Shown here: in pieces, positions 8,623 to 20,100 of the stretch
How the letters are laid out: each line of letters starts with the position of its first letter
How positions within the stretch are numbered: the first letter of the stretch is position 1
DNA from: Geotalea uraniireducens Rf4
GTDB lineage: Bacteria; Desulfobacterota; Desulfuromonadia; Geobacterales; Geobacteraceae
Direction: 5' to 3'
Assembly: GCF_000016745.1 (NCBI RefSeq)
Contig: NC_009483.1
Span: 5,010,001-5,042,000, forward strand
Length of the DNA stretch: 32,000 nt
Position numbers and translations under genes: made by a program
Notes under the pieces: model-generated
The model's input: only the letters and a program-made list of their open reading frames with translations
Databases searched by the model: none
What the model was told of the DNA's origin: nothing

Positions 8623-9758
8623 ACAGCCATTTGGAAAAAGTCTGGCGGGCGATCCGTCCCGAGCGGTTGCGGAAAACGTTTCTTGAGCTGCTCGACATCT
8701 ACTCGCCGTCCGGCAAGGAAGAGGACATCCAGCTCTACCTGGAAGAATACCTCAGCCGGGCCGGTTTTGCCGTGGAACGCCTGGCAGTGGAAGAAGACCG
8801 CTACAACCTGCGCGCTACAATGGGCAAAGCGGAACCGCAGCTCTACCTGGTCGGCCATGTGGATACGGTCCCGGCCTGGGATCTGGAGGCACTCGGTCCG
8901 CAGGAGGAAAATGGAGTCATCCGCGGGCTGGGAAGCGCCGATATGAAGGGGGGATGCGCCGCCATGGTCGAAGCCTGGCTGGCCCTGTCCGAGGCCCTCA
9001 ATCAGTCGGAGCTTCCACCGGTAGGACTTTTGTTGGTAGTCGGTGAGGAAGAAGACGGCGACGGCAGCGCAGCCTTCCTTGAGTCCTGTCGTCCCCCCTG
9101 GGTCGTCATCGGCGAGCCGACAGGGTTGGCAGCCTGCTTCGCCCATTACGGCTACCTGGAAGCAGGTTTCGTCACCCGCGGCCACCGGATCCACTCCTCC
9201 CTACCCGAGCTGGGGCACAACGCCGTGGAATCCATGCTCAGGGTTCTGCTGCATCTGGGGAACGACTCTCTGTTCAACCGGGAGACATCGGAGATCGTCT
9301 ATTCAATTCGGGAGATGAGTTCGTCGCGTGCGGGCTTTGTCGTTCCCGATCGTTGTGAGGCCTGGATCGATCTGCATCTTCCGCCCAACAAAGACCCGGC
9401 CGACCTACAGGAGGCGATCCGCCGGATAGTCGCAGGCGCCGACCGGTTCATACCCGGCCTGGATCTGCAGGTCACCTTTGATTTCGCATCATCCGGCTAC
9501 AACCTTGAGACCGACAACCGTCTGAACCAGATTTTGCGGGAAATCTATCCACAAATGGGATTGGAACTCCGCCTGGATGCCTTCCGCTCCCATTCCGACG
9601 GTAATCTCTTTTTTGCTGCAGGGGCAAAACCTCTCATTCTCGGCCCCGGCTCCCTGGAAACCGCCCATACGCCCAACGAACAGGTCATCCTTGACGAACT
9701 GTCAGCAGCCGCCCGCATCTATGCGGCGCTCTGCCTGGGAACGCGTGGGGGAGGCTAG
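8619..9758 (+). CDS. M20-family metallohydrolase (ArgE/DapE-type deacylase/peptidase)
   Basis: 379-aa ORF. Metal and catalytic motifs are LVGHVDTVP, GLGSADMKGG and VVGEEEDGDGSAAF. Its ATG overlaps the GNAT stop (ATGA at 8619-8622). Confidence 0.85.
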   Translation: MNSHLEKVWRAIRPERLRKTFLELLDIYSPSGKEEDIQLYLEEYLSRAGFAVERLAVEEDRYNLRATMGKAEPQLYLVGHVDTVPAWDLEALGPQEENGVIRGLGSADMKGGCAAMVEAWLALSEALNQSELPPVGLLLVVGEEEDGDGSAAFLESCRPPWVVIGEPTGLAACFAHYGYLEAGFVTRGHRIHSSLPELGHNAVESMLRVLLHLGNDSLFNRETSEIVYSIREMSSSRAGFVVPDRCEAWIDLHLPPNKDPADLQEAIRRIVAGADRFIPGLDLQVTFDFASSGYNLETDNRLNQILREIYPQMGLELRLDAFRSHSDGNLFFAAGAKPLILGPGSLETAHTPNEQVILDELSAAARIYAALCLGTRGGG

Positions 9759-9764
9759 GAGCCT

Positions 9765-9906
9765 GTCTGACTTAATAAATCGTAGCGAAAATTCGGCTGG
9801 GCGAGGCCAGATTTCGTCGGCAGGTCAATAGTCGTTCTATTGACCAAGAAAGCGGCGTAATATGGACCGTCCAGACGGATTTGCAGCCGAGTTACTTAAG
9901 TCAGAC
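9765..9906. repeat. Nested imperfect palindrome in a convergent intergenic region
   Basis: The outer arms are gtctgacttaa (9765-9775) / ttaagtcagac (9896-9906), 11/11. The middle arms are tcggctg (9793-9799) / cagccga (9884-9890). The inner hairpin is ggtcaatag-tcgtt-ctattgacc (9823-9845). No T-run follows on either strand. Confidence 0.45.
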
Positions 9907-9912
9907 GGTCTC

Positions 9913-10065
9913 CTATAGAGTCCCGCCCTCTTCAGGAATCTGATCTGGGTCCTCTGCTGGCTGGATACTGTTTTTTTCCAGTTTGCGCTGCATTTTTTCT
10001 TCGTTCTTTTTTTTCTTTTCCAATTCTTTCTGACGCTTCTGAAATTGAAAATTTGGTTTTGCCAT
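9913..10065 (-). CDS. Small Lys/Glu-rich protein, 50 aa (below the ORF-track cutoff)
   Basis: Hand translation gives MAKPNFQFQKRQKELEKKKKNEEKMQRKLEKNSIQPAEDPDQIPEEGGTL, with stop TAG. The ATG at 10065 is preceded by GGAGGTG with a 7-nt spacer. I prefer it to the overlapping GTG-initiated 78-aa ORF (9837-10073), which has no usable SD spacing. Confidence 0.5.
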   Translation of the reverse strand: MAKPNFQFQKRQKELEKKKKNEEKMQRKLEKNSIQPAEDPDQIPEEGGTL

Positions 10066-10203
10066 GTTGTCACCTCCTGCAGAATTTAGTAAGGGGAAGG
10101 TATATCATTGAGGAAAAGATGGCAAATTTATTGTTCGCTCCAGCGACCATGAATAAATCAGCCCCGTCCACGGGCTACATCGTGCCGTTTTAGCGGTGTT
10201 TAC

Positions 10204-10461
10204 TCAAACAACCGGTTGTTTCACCTTTTTTTCTCTTTTGGTGGTCGCACGAGCCTTTGGCACCGGCACGCTGTCGGCAGGTGGCAAAAACGAAGCAGGG
10301 TCGGCTGGTTGAAGGGTTGCGTAATAGGAGGAGGAAATTTTCCTGATTATTCCATCACTGAACTGGATCGTTGCCCTGAGGGGAGTTACCTCCACCACCT
10401 TACCGACACCCCATTCATGCGCTACTGTGTGGCTTACAACGTTACCGCGTTTGATCGTCAT
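10204..10461 (-). CDS. Small hypothetical protein with an N-terminal Tudor/SH3-like (DUF3553-like) motif and a basic tail
   Basis: 85-aa ORF. The segment GNVVSHTVAHEWGVGKVVEV...IQFSDGIIRKI..SYYATL resembles the V.H..fG.G.V....v.F..G.k.l...y..L pattern of the DUF3553/UvrD C-terminal Tudor fold. GAGGT lies ~8 nt upstream of the ATG. Confidence 0.45.
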   Translation of the reverse strand: MTIKRGNVVSHTVAHEWGVGKVVEVTPLRATIQFSDGIIRKISSSYYATLQPADPASFLPPADSVPVPKARATTKREKKVKQPVV

Positions 10462-10595
10462 TGTTTATTACCTCATTTAAAGGGCCTATGGGTCGTAACT
10501 TGACCATGTGGATACAATATCCGACACATCAAGCCTTGATCCCCAGCTTAATCATGCTCATACCCGACAATTGCTATTTTCAGGACAGAAACGAG

Positions 10596-11102
10596 CTACG
10601 GTTCTCCCTTCTCATTCCAGATCGGGTTTTGTTTGTCGTCGGGATGCAGCTTTTCGAGCTCCGCTGGATCTACATGCCAAAAGGACTTGTCGACAGCGCC
10701 TTCCGCGTATTCCCGTTTTTGGTCATGGGCAAACGGACACCACCAGTTTTCCACTATTTTCACCAAATACACAGCGTACCTGAAGAGAGCGACACTCAAT
10801 GGACAGTAGAGCTTGCAGTTGAAGATCCAGAAGAACCTGTAGCGCGCCACATGAAGCCGGGAAATGTTGATGACTGGATGTTCTTTATTTCCATATCGAT
10901 GAGAAATCCAGGTGGGGACAAAATCCCAATACGATTTAATGTCCATGCCGCCGACATATTTCAGATGCGTTTTAATCAGAAAAACCCCGATAACCACGAA
11001 CGGTACGGTCGTAATAATCGGTAGATAAATGAGTGGGACACCAAGGATCACTTTCCAAAGGGGTTGCTTTTCATAGTTGCAGCCAATTCTTACTCTATCC
11101 AT
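10596..11102 (-). CDS. Hypothetical integral membrane protein with a Cys motif (NCKLYCP ... WWCPF)
   Basis: 168-aa ORF, 46 nt downstream of the giant gene's stop and on the same strand. Hydrophobic helices are LWKVILGVPLIYLPIITTVPFVVIGVFLI and FFWIFNCKLYCPLSVALFRYAVYLVKIV, followed by a hydrophilic C-terminus. The antisense 187-aa ORF (10461-11024) looks less protein-like. I could not place it in a family from memory. Confidence 0.55.
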   Translation of the reverse strand: MDRVRIGCNYEKQPLWKVILGVPLIYLPIITTVPFVVIGVFLIKTHLKYVGGMDIKSYWDFVPTWISHRYGNKEHPVINISRLHVARYRFFWIFNCKLYCPLSVALFRYAVYLVKIVENWWCPFAHDQKREYAEGAVDKSFWHVDPAELEKLHPDDKQNPIWNEKGEP

Positions 11103-11148
11103 TTTTCCCTTTTCCTTCTTTTGAATAGTTTATTACACCTTGCATCGT

Positions 11149-14100
11149 CTACTCCCGATTCCCCATCCGGACGACAACCTGATGCTTTACCAGTCCCCGC
11201 TCCAAGGGGATCACTCCACCGGACACGCGCTGGCCGTCCATCTCCACCCAGGCGACACCGCGCTCGCAGCCGTGGGGATTCTCCACCTGGATCGCGTAGA
11301 TCGTTTCACCGTGACAATAACTGATGCTGAATCCCGGCCACGCTGCGGGGATGACCGGGTTCACCCGCAGCTGCCCACTCCGCACCTGTAAGCCCAGCAC
11401 CTCTTCTACCCAGGCCCGGTACATCCATGCTGCCGAACCGGTATACCAGGACCACCCCCCCTGACCAACCCGGCCGGGCAACCGGTAGACGTCGGCCGCG
11501 ACCACGTAGGGCTCAACCCCGTAGTGCCAGACCGCTGCCGCATCGCGGGCGTGCTCGATCGGATTGAGCATGCGCAGCAGCTGCACCGCCCGCCCCCCAT
11601 CCCCCTTGCGGGCCATGGCCATGGCCATCCAGAGGGCAGCGTGGGTGTACTGACCCCCGTTCTCCCGTACCCCGGGGGGATACCCCTTGATGTATCCTGG
11701 TGATGGCTCTGCAATGTCGAAGGGGGGCTCGAAGAGCAGCACCAGGTCTTCATCCTCGCGGACGAGATGGTTCCAGGCCGACTCCAGTGCCTGATCCGCG
11801 CGCTCCGGGTCGGCTGCGCCGGAAAGCCACGCCCACGATTGGGGCAGGGAATCGATCCTCGCCTCCCTGTTCAGGGCGGAGCCAAGCGGGGTGCCATCAT
11901 CGAAAGTCCCCCGCAGATACCATTCCCCGTCCCAACCGGCCTGCTCGACCCGCTTAATCAAAGCTATCCGTTCTTCTTGATAGGTCCGGCTCAGCTCAGG
12001 TTGTTGCAGGAGGCTCGACAGTTCCGCCATCCCCTGCAGAGAATCACACAGGAACCAGGCGAGCCATACGCTCTCCCCCTTCCCTGCCGCGCCCACCAGA
12101 TTCATCCCGTCGTTCCAGTCCCCCGTCCCCATCAGGGGCAAGCCATGGGGCCCAATCGTCAGGCCGCGGCTGACCGCGCGCCGGCAGTGTTCAAAGAGCG
12201 TGGCGCGTTCAAAGGTGACCTCCGGGGTGGAGAATTCCTCGTGCTGATCGTCTGCCAGTTGGGGGGCGTTGAGGAAGGGAACCTCCACCTGTAGAATGTC
12301 GGAATCGCCGGTCGTTCGGACGTACTGTGCGACCACGTACGGAAGCCAAAGCAGGTCGTCGGAAATACGCGAACGAATCCCGGCGCCGGCAGGTTCATGC
12401 CACCAATGCTGGACATCCCCCTCCTTGAACTGCCGGCTGGCGGCCATCAGGATCTGGTCGCGCGCAAGGTCGGGGCTGGCGTAAAGGAACGCCATGACAT
12501 CCTGCAACTGATCGCGAAAACCGAAGGCGCCGCCTGACTGGTAAAAGGCTGAACGTCCCCAGATACGGCAGCTCAAGGACTGGTACTGAAGCCAGCGGTT
12601 GATCAGAAGGTCGGCGGCCAGTTCGGGGGTGTGCACTTCAATCGTGCCGAGCAGTGCATCCCACCAGGCCCTGGTCTGATCGAATGCGTCCTCAAATGCC
12701 TGATCCTCCCGGTAGCTGAACACCAGCTCCCTGGCCTGCACTACCGACCCGGCCTGGCCCAGCATGCAGGTGATATCACGTCGCTCGCCGGGAGCCAATT
12801 CCAGGCAAACCCTGAGTGCCGAGCACGGGTCGAGCCCCGCCCCGGTCCGTTGTGACAGCCGGGTCAACTCCAGGGCCGCCGGGTTAGCCAGCGAGCGATT
12901 GCGGCCGATGAAAGAGGTGCGGTCGCCGCCGTATGAGTCGGCGTGGGGAGTGATGGCCGCGAAGGCGACCCGCTCTCCATACTCGGGGTGGTAGCGGTTT
13001 TGCGCCAGCAAGGCATGGGCTTCGTCATCCCAGTTAGTCATGACGTGCATCTGGGAGGTTTCGCGGTTTTCGCCGAGGGTCAATTCCACATAATAGGTTA
13101 CCGAGAGTCGGCGCCTTCTGGAGGAGGCATTGGTGAGCCGCAGGCGCTGCAGTTTGATCGGCTTCCCCCCGCTCTCATCTACCGGTACGAAGACGGTCAG
13201 TTCCTGCTCGATGCCGTTACTGTTATGTTCGAAGACCGTATAGCCCGCCCCGTGTCGAGCCCGATAGGCAGTCTCCTCACGGATCGGCGCCGCGGTCGGC
13301 GACCAGAAGACGCCACTCTCCTCGTCACGGATATAGAGCGCCTCTGTTGCCGGGTCCAGCACCGGGTCATTCGACCAGCCGGTCAGGCGATTGCGCTGGC
13401 TGTTGCCATACCAGGTGAAACCGGACCCGGTTTCGCTGACCAGGGTGCCGAAGGTCGGGTTGGCGATGACGTTCACCCAAGGTGCCGGGGTGTTGGTGTT
13501 CGGGCCGAGATAGATCGCGTATTCACGCCCGTCCGGGGTAAAACCGCCCAGGCTGTTGAAGTAGTTCAGCTCCATGAAGGGGAGAGGGGCCGAGGGCTCC
13601 CGGGGAGCACGCTTCCGGGCCAGCGTTTCCAGCAGTTCGGGAGCCTCCACCGGCATCCCCAATTGCTGGGGTAGCGTGCCGCGTGCCGCCACCAGCACGA
13701 CGCTGGCTGCGGCCTTGAGGAGATTCAAATCCGCCTCCTGGATCTGCGCCGCACTCTTCAGGAAGATCCCCCCCGCCCGATCAGCCGCAGCAGAAAGGGT
13801 ATGGGCTTGGATCAACTGCTCCAGCCGTTCCTGGAGCGGCCGCTCATAACCCCCGGCCTCCTCGTTGAGGATCACCAGGTCGGTCGCCAAGCCATGCGAA
13901 CCCCAATAGGTGTGGGCCTGGAGCATCTGGCGGACCAGGCTGATATCCCGCGCCTCGCTAATGGTGATCAGCGCTATCGGCAGGTCGCCCGAGATGGCAT
14001 AGGGCCACAATCCTGCCTGGCCCTTGCGGTTCTCTTCCAGGCGTTCGGCTGGTGGCCGCAAGAGGTGATTGGGAAACAGCAGGTGACTTGCCAGTTGCTG

Positions 14101-17100
14101 GAAGCGACGCGCTTCGTCAGGCTGGATGTGCAGCACCTGCAACTGCTGCTGGGCCGAGCGCCAGGCGAAATCCATGGCCCGCTCGGTCGCATGGGGGTCG
14201 CTGTACTTATCCATCAGCAGCAGGACCTGCTCGCGGGTTGCCCCGGCAGCGAGTACCAGGGAAAGTCGGGCGCGCTGGCCCGGCTCAAGGGTGAGACTCC
14301 GTCGCAGGCTTAAGCTAGGATCAAGGACAAAACCCTGACTGTTGCCGAGCTCTTGCACGGCTCCCATGGGATTGGCCAGGGTCCGGCCGCGGCCGATGAA
14401 CCGCCCCCGGTCGGTTTCAAACTGCCACACATTTTCGTGCGGGCTGTCATCCCCCGTGTGCTCAAGCGTCAAGCAATGGGCCACATACAGCGGCAGTTCG
14501 TTCGCGCTGCGCGGTCGCCGGTAGGCGAGGAGTATTTGCTGCTCGGGGAGTGCTTCGGTCTGGATGAACAGCTTGTTGAAGGCCGGGTGCTGACGGTCCG
14601 CATTGTGAGGCGCCATGGAGAGTTCAACATAACTGGTAAGGTTGAGGCGGCGGACGCGATTGGTGCGATTGACCAGGGTGATCCGGCGCACCTCCAAATC
14701 GTCTTCCGGCGAGACGATCACCTCTGTTTCGGTGTGGACACCGTTATCGGCACGGCGGAATACGGCCCGGTCGAGAGCAAAGTCTACGGAATACCCTTCA
14801 ACCTTCCCGCCAACCGGGTGCCAGGTGCTGGACCAGACACGATCCGGATCGGCCTCATGGATGTAGCAGAAGGTTCCCTGGCTATCGCAGGTCTGATCCG
14901 ACCGCCAGCGGGTAAGTTCCTGGCTCTCCCACTGACTGTAGCCGCCGCCGCTGTTGGTGATCATCAAGCCATAGCGGCCGTTGCTGAGCAAGAGACTCTT
15001 GGGCGTGGTGGTATGGGGAGTGGTAAAGGTGCTTCCTGCCGGCGCGACCAAGTCTCCGCCCGGAAGCAGAGGTTCACTCTGCCGCGTCGAGATCAGGTGT
15101 AACGGCGGCAGGGTCGGGATGCGCTCCTGAAGCAGGGCCTCAAAGGCACGCACCCGCGAATCGCTATGAAAACGGCGCGGAAACGGGTTGCCATGGAGGA
15201 AGTTGGTCAACGCCAGGAACGCCATCCCCTGGTGATGAACCATATACGCCTCGATTACAACACCGCGTCTCCCCTCACGCTGCGGTTGCCGGCTGAAATC
15301 CATGGCCTCGTAATAACCGTAATCACCGAGCAGCCCCAGCCCGGCCAGTTGTTTCAGATTCTGCACGGTTTCTTTCGGCGCCACGTTCAGTGCGAGCAGG
15401 GTGGCGTAGGGAGCGACGACCAGCTTTTCCTCCAGGCCGCGTTTCAAACCGAGCGCTGGCACGCCGAAGGCCTTGTACTGATAAGTCTTGTCCAGGTCAA
15501 GATCGGCAAAAGCGGATTCGGAAATACCCCACGGCACACGCCGCGTGCGGCCGTAGGCGATCTGAACCGTCACTGCTTCCCGGGCGGCCTTGTCCAGGAG
15601 CGAGTTGCCGTAGGAGCACTGGAACAAGAGCGGCATCAGATATTCGAACATGGTCCCGGTCCAGCTGAGCAACACCCGCTGCCGGCCGATAGCGCCGTAG
15701 GGGCGACCCAGGGAGAACCAGTGTTCCAGGGGGACGTCGCCCCGGGCAATGGCGACGAAACTGCCGAGCCGCGCCTCACTGGCCAGGAGATCATAACTGG
15801 AAACGTCCGGACGATTCAAAGAGACGTTGTAGCCGATGGCGAACAGCTTGCTCTTGATGTCATAGAGAAATCGCATGCTCATCCCGGCTGACAGCTCGCG
15901 GACGTTGACTATCAACCGCTCAGCCATCCCCAGGGTTTCCCCGGCCAGCCACTGCGCAGTGGCGAAGGCCTCGATAACCCGGTCGAGCCACGGGCAGATA
16001 GGTGCACCGGCCTGGAGAGAGTCCTCCCGGATCGCTTTGAGGATCTGGATCGAGCCGAGCCGGCCATGGGCAAGTGCGAAGAGCGATGGCGCCTGCATCA
16101 GGTCCTGACGGATGGCAAGCATGGCCGCAGGCCCAAACTGCGTGAGTTCCTGCTCTGTTTTTTCAGCCAGGATTTCGATCCAGGTGAGATAGCGGTCTGT
16201 GTTCTGAACCCAGGCCGAAACCTGTTGTTCAAGCTCAGCGGCCCATGGGACAGCCCCAGCGGCGGCGACAACAGACCTGACATTGATCTGCATCCGACGT
16301 TGCAGGCATAGCAGTTCGTCGATGCCGGAAGGCGGAGCATGCCACTCAATCAGTAGTTGGTCGAGTGTCTGGCGATAAATGCCGGTTATCCCTTCTAAGA
16401 CGGCGTCCTGTTTCATAATTTCGCCGGTGTCGGCCAGGCCGGCGAAGGCCTTGCCATCCAGGAGGGGGACGTGCAGCAGTTCGTCAAGCCCCTGCTCCAG
16501 TGCCCACAGCGCACCCAGCAGGTTTCCGCTGTCAACGGTGGAGACGTAGCGAGGTTCGAGCGGAACCAGGGTCTGGATATCGTACCAGTTCAGGAGATGC
16601 CCTTCATAGCGCTCCATACGGCCGATGGTTGCCATGGTGTTGGTCAGCTTTTCGACGACCTGGTTAATGGTCAGGTAGCCGGAGTCATGGGCTCCCAAGG
16701 CGCTGGTCATCCAGAGGCCGATGTTGGTCGGACTGGTTCGCATGGCCAGGCGGTTCTGATGGGAGACCTGATAGTTATCGGGCGGCAACCAGGAGGTGTC
16801 GGCGCTGATAAAGGACGAAAAATAGCGCCAGGTCCGCCGGGCGACCTGTCTGAGGAAGCGGCGGTCCGTTTCCGGCAGCGGTTGTGCCTGCTGCTGTTCA
16901 ACGGGTCGCAGGTTCAGGAGCCAGCCGAGCAGCGGGGAAAGAAACCACAAAACGAGCCATGGGGCGGCCTGTGGGAGGCTGGCCGGCATAACGCGCCAGA
17001 TCGCCCCGCCCACGATGGCGCTGAAGATGCTCCCCATGGCCAGGCTGGCGACGAAGAGCGGTTGCCGGCGGGAGGCGCTCCAATGGGTTGCCTGGGCCGT

Positions 17101-20100
17101 CCACTCCAAAAGCCCGCGTCGGGAGATCAAGCGACGGTAGCAGACCCGGGCGATGGCATCCAGGGCCACCGCTGCCTGGTGCGGCAACAGCGCAGCATCT
17201 GCGGTTGCCCGCAGCAGGTCGTGCAGAAGCTTGGATGGGGAGAAGTATTTCCACCCCTTGCGGGTGGTAGCCATGGTGAAGGGCTGCGCCAAGGGGTGAA
17301 AGAGGAGCTGCATGCCAACCACCAGCGCGGCGATCCCGCCGGTTCTCGGAGAAATGAGCCAGGAGGCCATCAGCAGGCCCAGGCTCGTGGCAGGCAACAG
17401 GCTGCGGCGCAGGTTGTCGAAGATCTTCCAGCGGTTGAGCAGGGAAAGCGGGTTGACCCCGTGACCGCCTGAAATTTGTGGAACGCGCGGGAAAACCCAC
17501 CCCGCAATCTGCCAATCGCCGCGAATCCAGCGATGGGAACGGCTGCTGTAACTCTGGTAACCCTGGGGGAATTCATCGTAGAGCTCAATATCGCTGGCCA
17601 GTCCCACCCGGACATGAGCCCCTTCGATCAGGTCGTGGCTCAGCACCCACTCATCCGGGAACCGTCCCGACAGCACGCGACTGAAGGCACGCACGTCATA
17701 GATCCCCTTGCCATGGTACGATCCTTCTCCGCTTAAGTCCTGATAGACATCGGAGACCGCCTGGGTATAGGGGTCGATGCCGACCGCATCGGCGAAGAGC
17801 CGGCTGAAGATCGAGACGCTCGTGCTCGGCAGGGTCGGGCTCACCCTTGGCTGGATGATGGTGTAGGAGCCGGCCAAGATGTTACCCAACCCATCGAAGC
17901 GCGGCTGATTGAGGGGATGCGCCAGGGTCTCGACCATCCTGCGGGCCGTAGCGTGCGGCAACTGGGTGTCACTGTCCAGGGTGATGATGAAGCGAACGTC
18001 CGTAAGATGATCCGGGTCGCCCACATGGACCAGGCGTGCTGAGGTTTCCGGCCGCGTGCCGTCGATCAGGCGGTTCAGTTCCTCCAGCTTCCCCCGTTTA
18101 CGCTCCCAGCCGATAAATTTCTGCTCGGATTCGCTCCAGGTGCGTTCCCGATGGAAGAGGAAAAATCGCTCAGCACCATGGCGAAGATTTAGCTCTGCCA
18201 GACATCCGCTCGCGGTCTTGAGCAGCCGACTGTCGTCTTCACGCGAAAGCGTAACAGAATCGGTGTAGTCAGTGAACAGGCTGAAGAGCAGATTTGCTTC
18301 CTTGTTGGCCAGGTAGCGGATCTCCAGTTTCTCCACCTCGGCTCGTACCGTCTCAGCGTTCACCAGCATCATCGGCACGACCACCAGGGTGCGGAATGCA
18401 TCGGGAATCCCCGCATCCTCGAAATCCATCTTGGGCAAGGGCCGGGGCGGCAGAAATCGCGTGATCAGGTAATTGACCACCTCGATCGCCAGCTGGCTGA
18501 CCGGGATCAGCAGGAGCAGAAAAAGTCCTGCCAGTCGGACCGATCCGGCTGATCCGACCAAAGATAAGAGCAAAGCAGAGAAGCCGCCGATGCCAAAGGC
18601 ATAAACAGCGGCATGGTGGCAATAGACCCATTCCAGGGCGCGGTAACGGTGCGTTTCACGGCAGGCGAGCAGCCGGGTCAGTTCCGCGCGCCCCTCCCCG
18701 ACCAGCCAGGTGCCGACGTGGCTAGCCCGTTTATCGGTTGCTGATCCACGGTGGGCCTGCGTTGCCAGCTCGATGACACGCCCCGCGACCTGCTCCTCGC
18801 TTTGAGCAGCAGCGCGGGCGACCTCTTCAATCGCCCGACGACAGCGGTCACGGGTTGCGAAATCCATCCCGGCATAGACCCCGGACGGATCGCGGCGCAG
18901 CATCTGTTCCACCCGGCTGAGCTTCTCGAAGATCTCCCGCCAGTCCAGCAGGGCCAGCTGGCGCAGGCTGGTGAAGGCGTTGCCGCAAGACAACTGCGCC
19001 CTGGTCTGCCGGTTCTGCTCACGCAGGTTGAGGTCGTGCAGGGGTGTTTTGAGCGTGCGCTCAAGCCAGCTCTGGACCGGCGCCAATGCTGCCGCCTCGT
19101 CATAGAGCAGGCCGACCAGCTGGCTACCGAAATACGGGGTGGGAGACGGCTCCGCTTGCGCAAGTTCCGCCAGGATCGCGAAGAGTTGGTTGGAACCGCG
19201 GCGATTGGCAGCGATCAGCCGGTTCGCCCAGAAGTCGGCCAACTGACGTTCGCGCAGGTCCGCCAGGGCAGTAACGGCCAGACTCTGGATGCTTTCGATA
19301 AGTGCAACGCGCAGCATCTGGGGAATTGCCCAGAGTTCGCCTATCGTCAGCGTGCGTATGGATTGGTGGGCCTCGATGAACGCCAGGATATTTTCCCGGT
19401 CCAGGCGCAGTTCGTTATGGGAGACGAGATTCTTGGCCAGACCGTAGATGCACGGCAACCCCCGGTGGGGATCAGAGGCCAGTGCGGGCAGCTGCTGATA
19501 AAAGCGCCGGGGAAGGTTAAGCAGGACATCGCGGGCGTTACCCTCCAGGATGTACTCGTTATCAAGGATCCAGTCGGCGGCCGGCGTGGCTTTCTGTTCC
19601 AGGCGGCTCGCCGCGGTGAGATCCACACAGACTTGATGGGCCCATTTCCGTGACTGCTTGAGACGCTTGAGCAGCTCGGTAGTATGCTGGGGCCTTGTGT
19701 CCACTTGCTGTTCGCCGGCATGGCGCCGGGCATGCTCCTGAATCTGTGTCGGGGAGAGCTTTATCGCGGGCCCCCGAGCCTCTAGCCGTCGCTCAGCCTT
19801 GGGATGCAGGACGAACAGCGCCGGAGGGATATCGCTGCTTTCCCGCATCATTGCCACCGGACGCTGTAACGACTCGACCGGTGCCTGGAGAATCAAGACG
19901 GATTCCCCGGACACGAGCCAGCGGGCATGATCACGCATGACCCACGGTTCAACACCGTACCTGGAGCGTCGTAGCCATAGTAGAGCTGCCAGGGCGCCGA
20001 TTGAGGCCACTGCCGGGAATAAAGTCAGCGTAAAAAGGTTCCCGCTCGGAAGCAAGCCCAACCGGTGCAGGACGAGGGAAGCGACTTCGGCGAGCCCGCC

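Noticed and set aside
9837-10073. 78-aa GTG-initiated ORF from the ORF track
   Set aside because: It overlaps the better-supported 50-aa ORF in another frame. Its GTG directly abuts the SD with no spacer, and its sequence is an Arg/Lys-rich shadow of the Lys-rich frame.
10461-11024. 187-aa plus-strand ORF opposite the 168-aa membrane protein
   Set aside because: It has no convincing RBS or motifs. The minus-strand frame has clear TM helices and a plausible RBS, and it sits in operon position behind the giant gene. I kept the minus-strand call, though only at moderate confidence.
11700-19940. Many long plus-strand ORFs (e.g. 12943-13674, 14353-15102, 15166-15891, 16471-17472, 18751-19653) and minus-strand out-of-frame ORFs inside the giant gene
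   Set aside because: All lie inside the uninterrupted 3053-aa frame, which carries coherent GT84/GH94 motifs. Their translations are Arg/Gly/Pro/Ala-rich with no motifs, which are GC-driven shadow ORFs.
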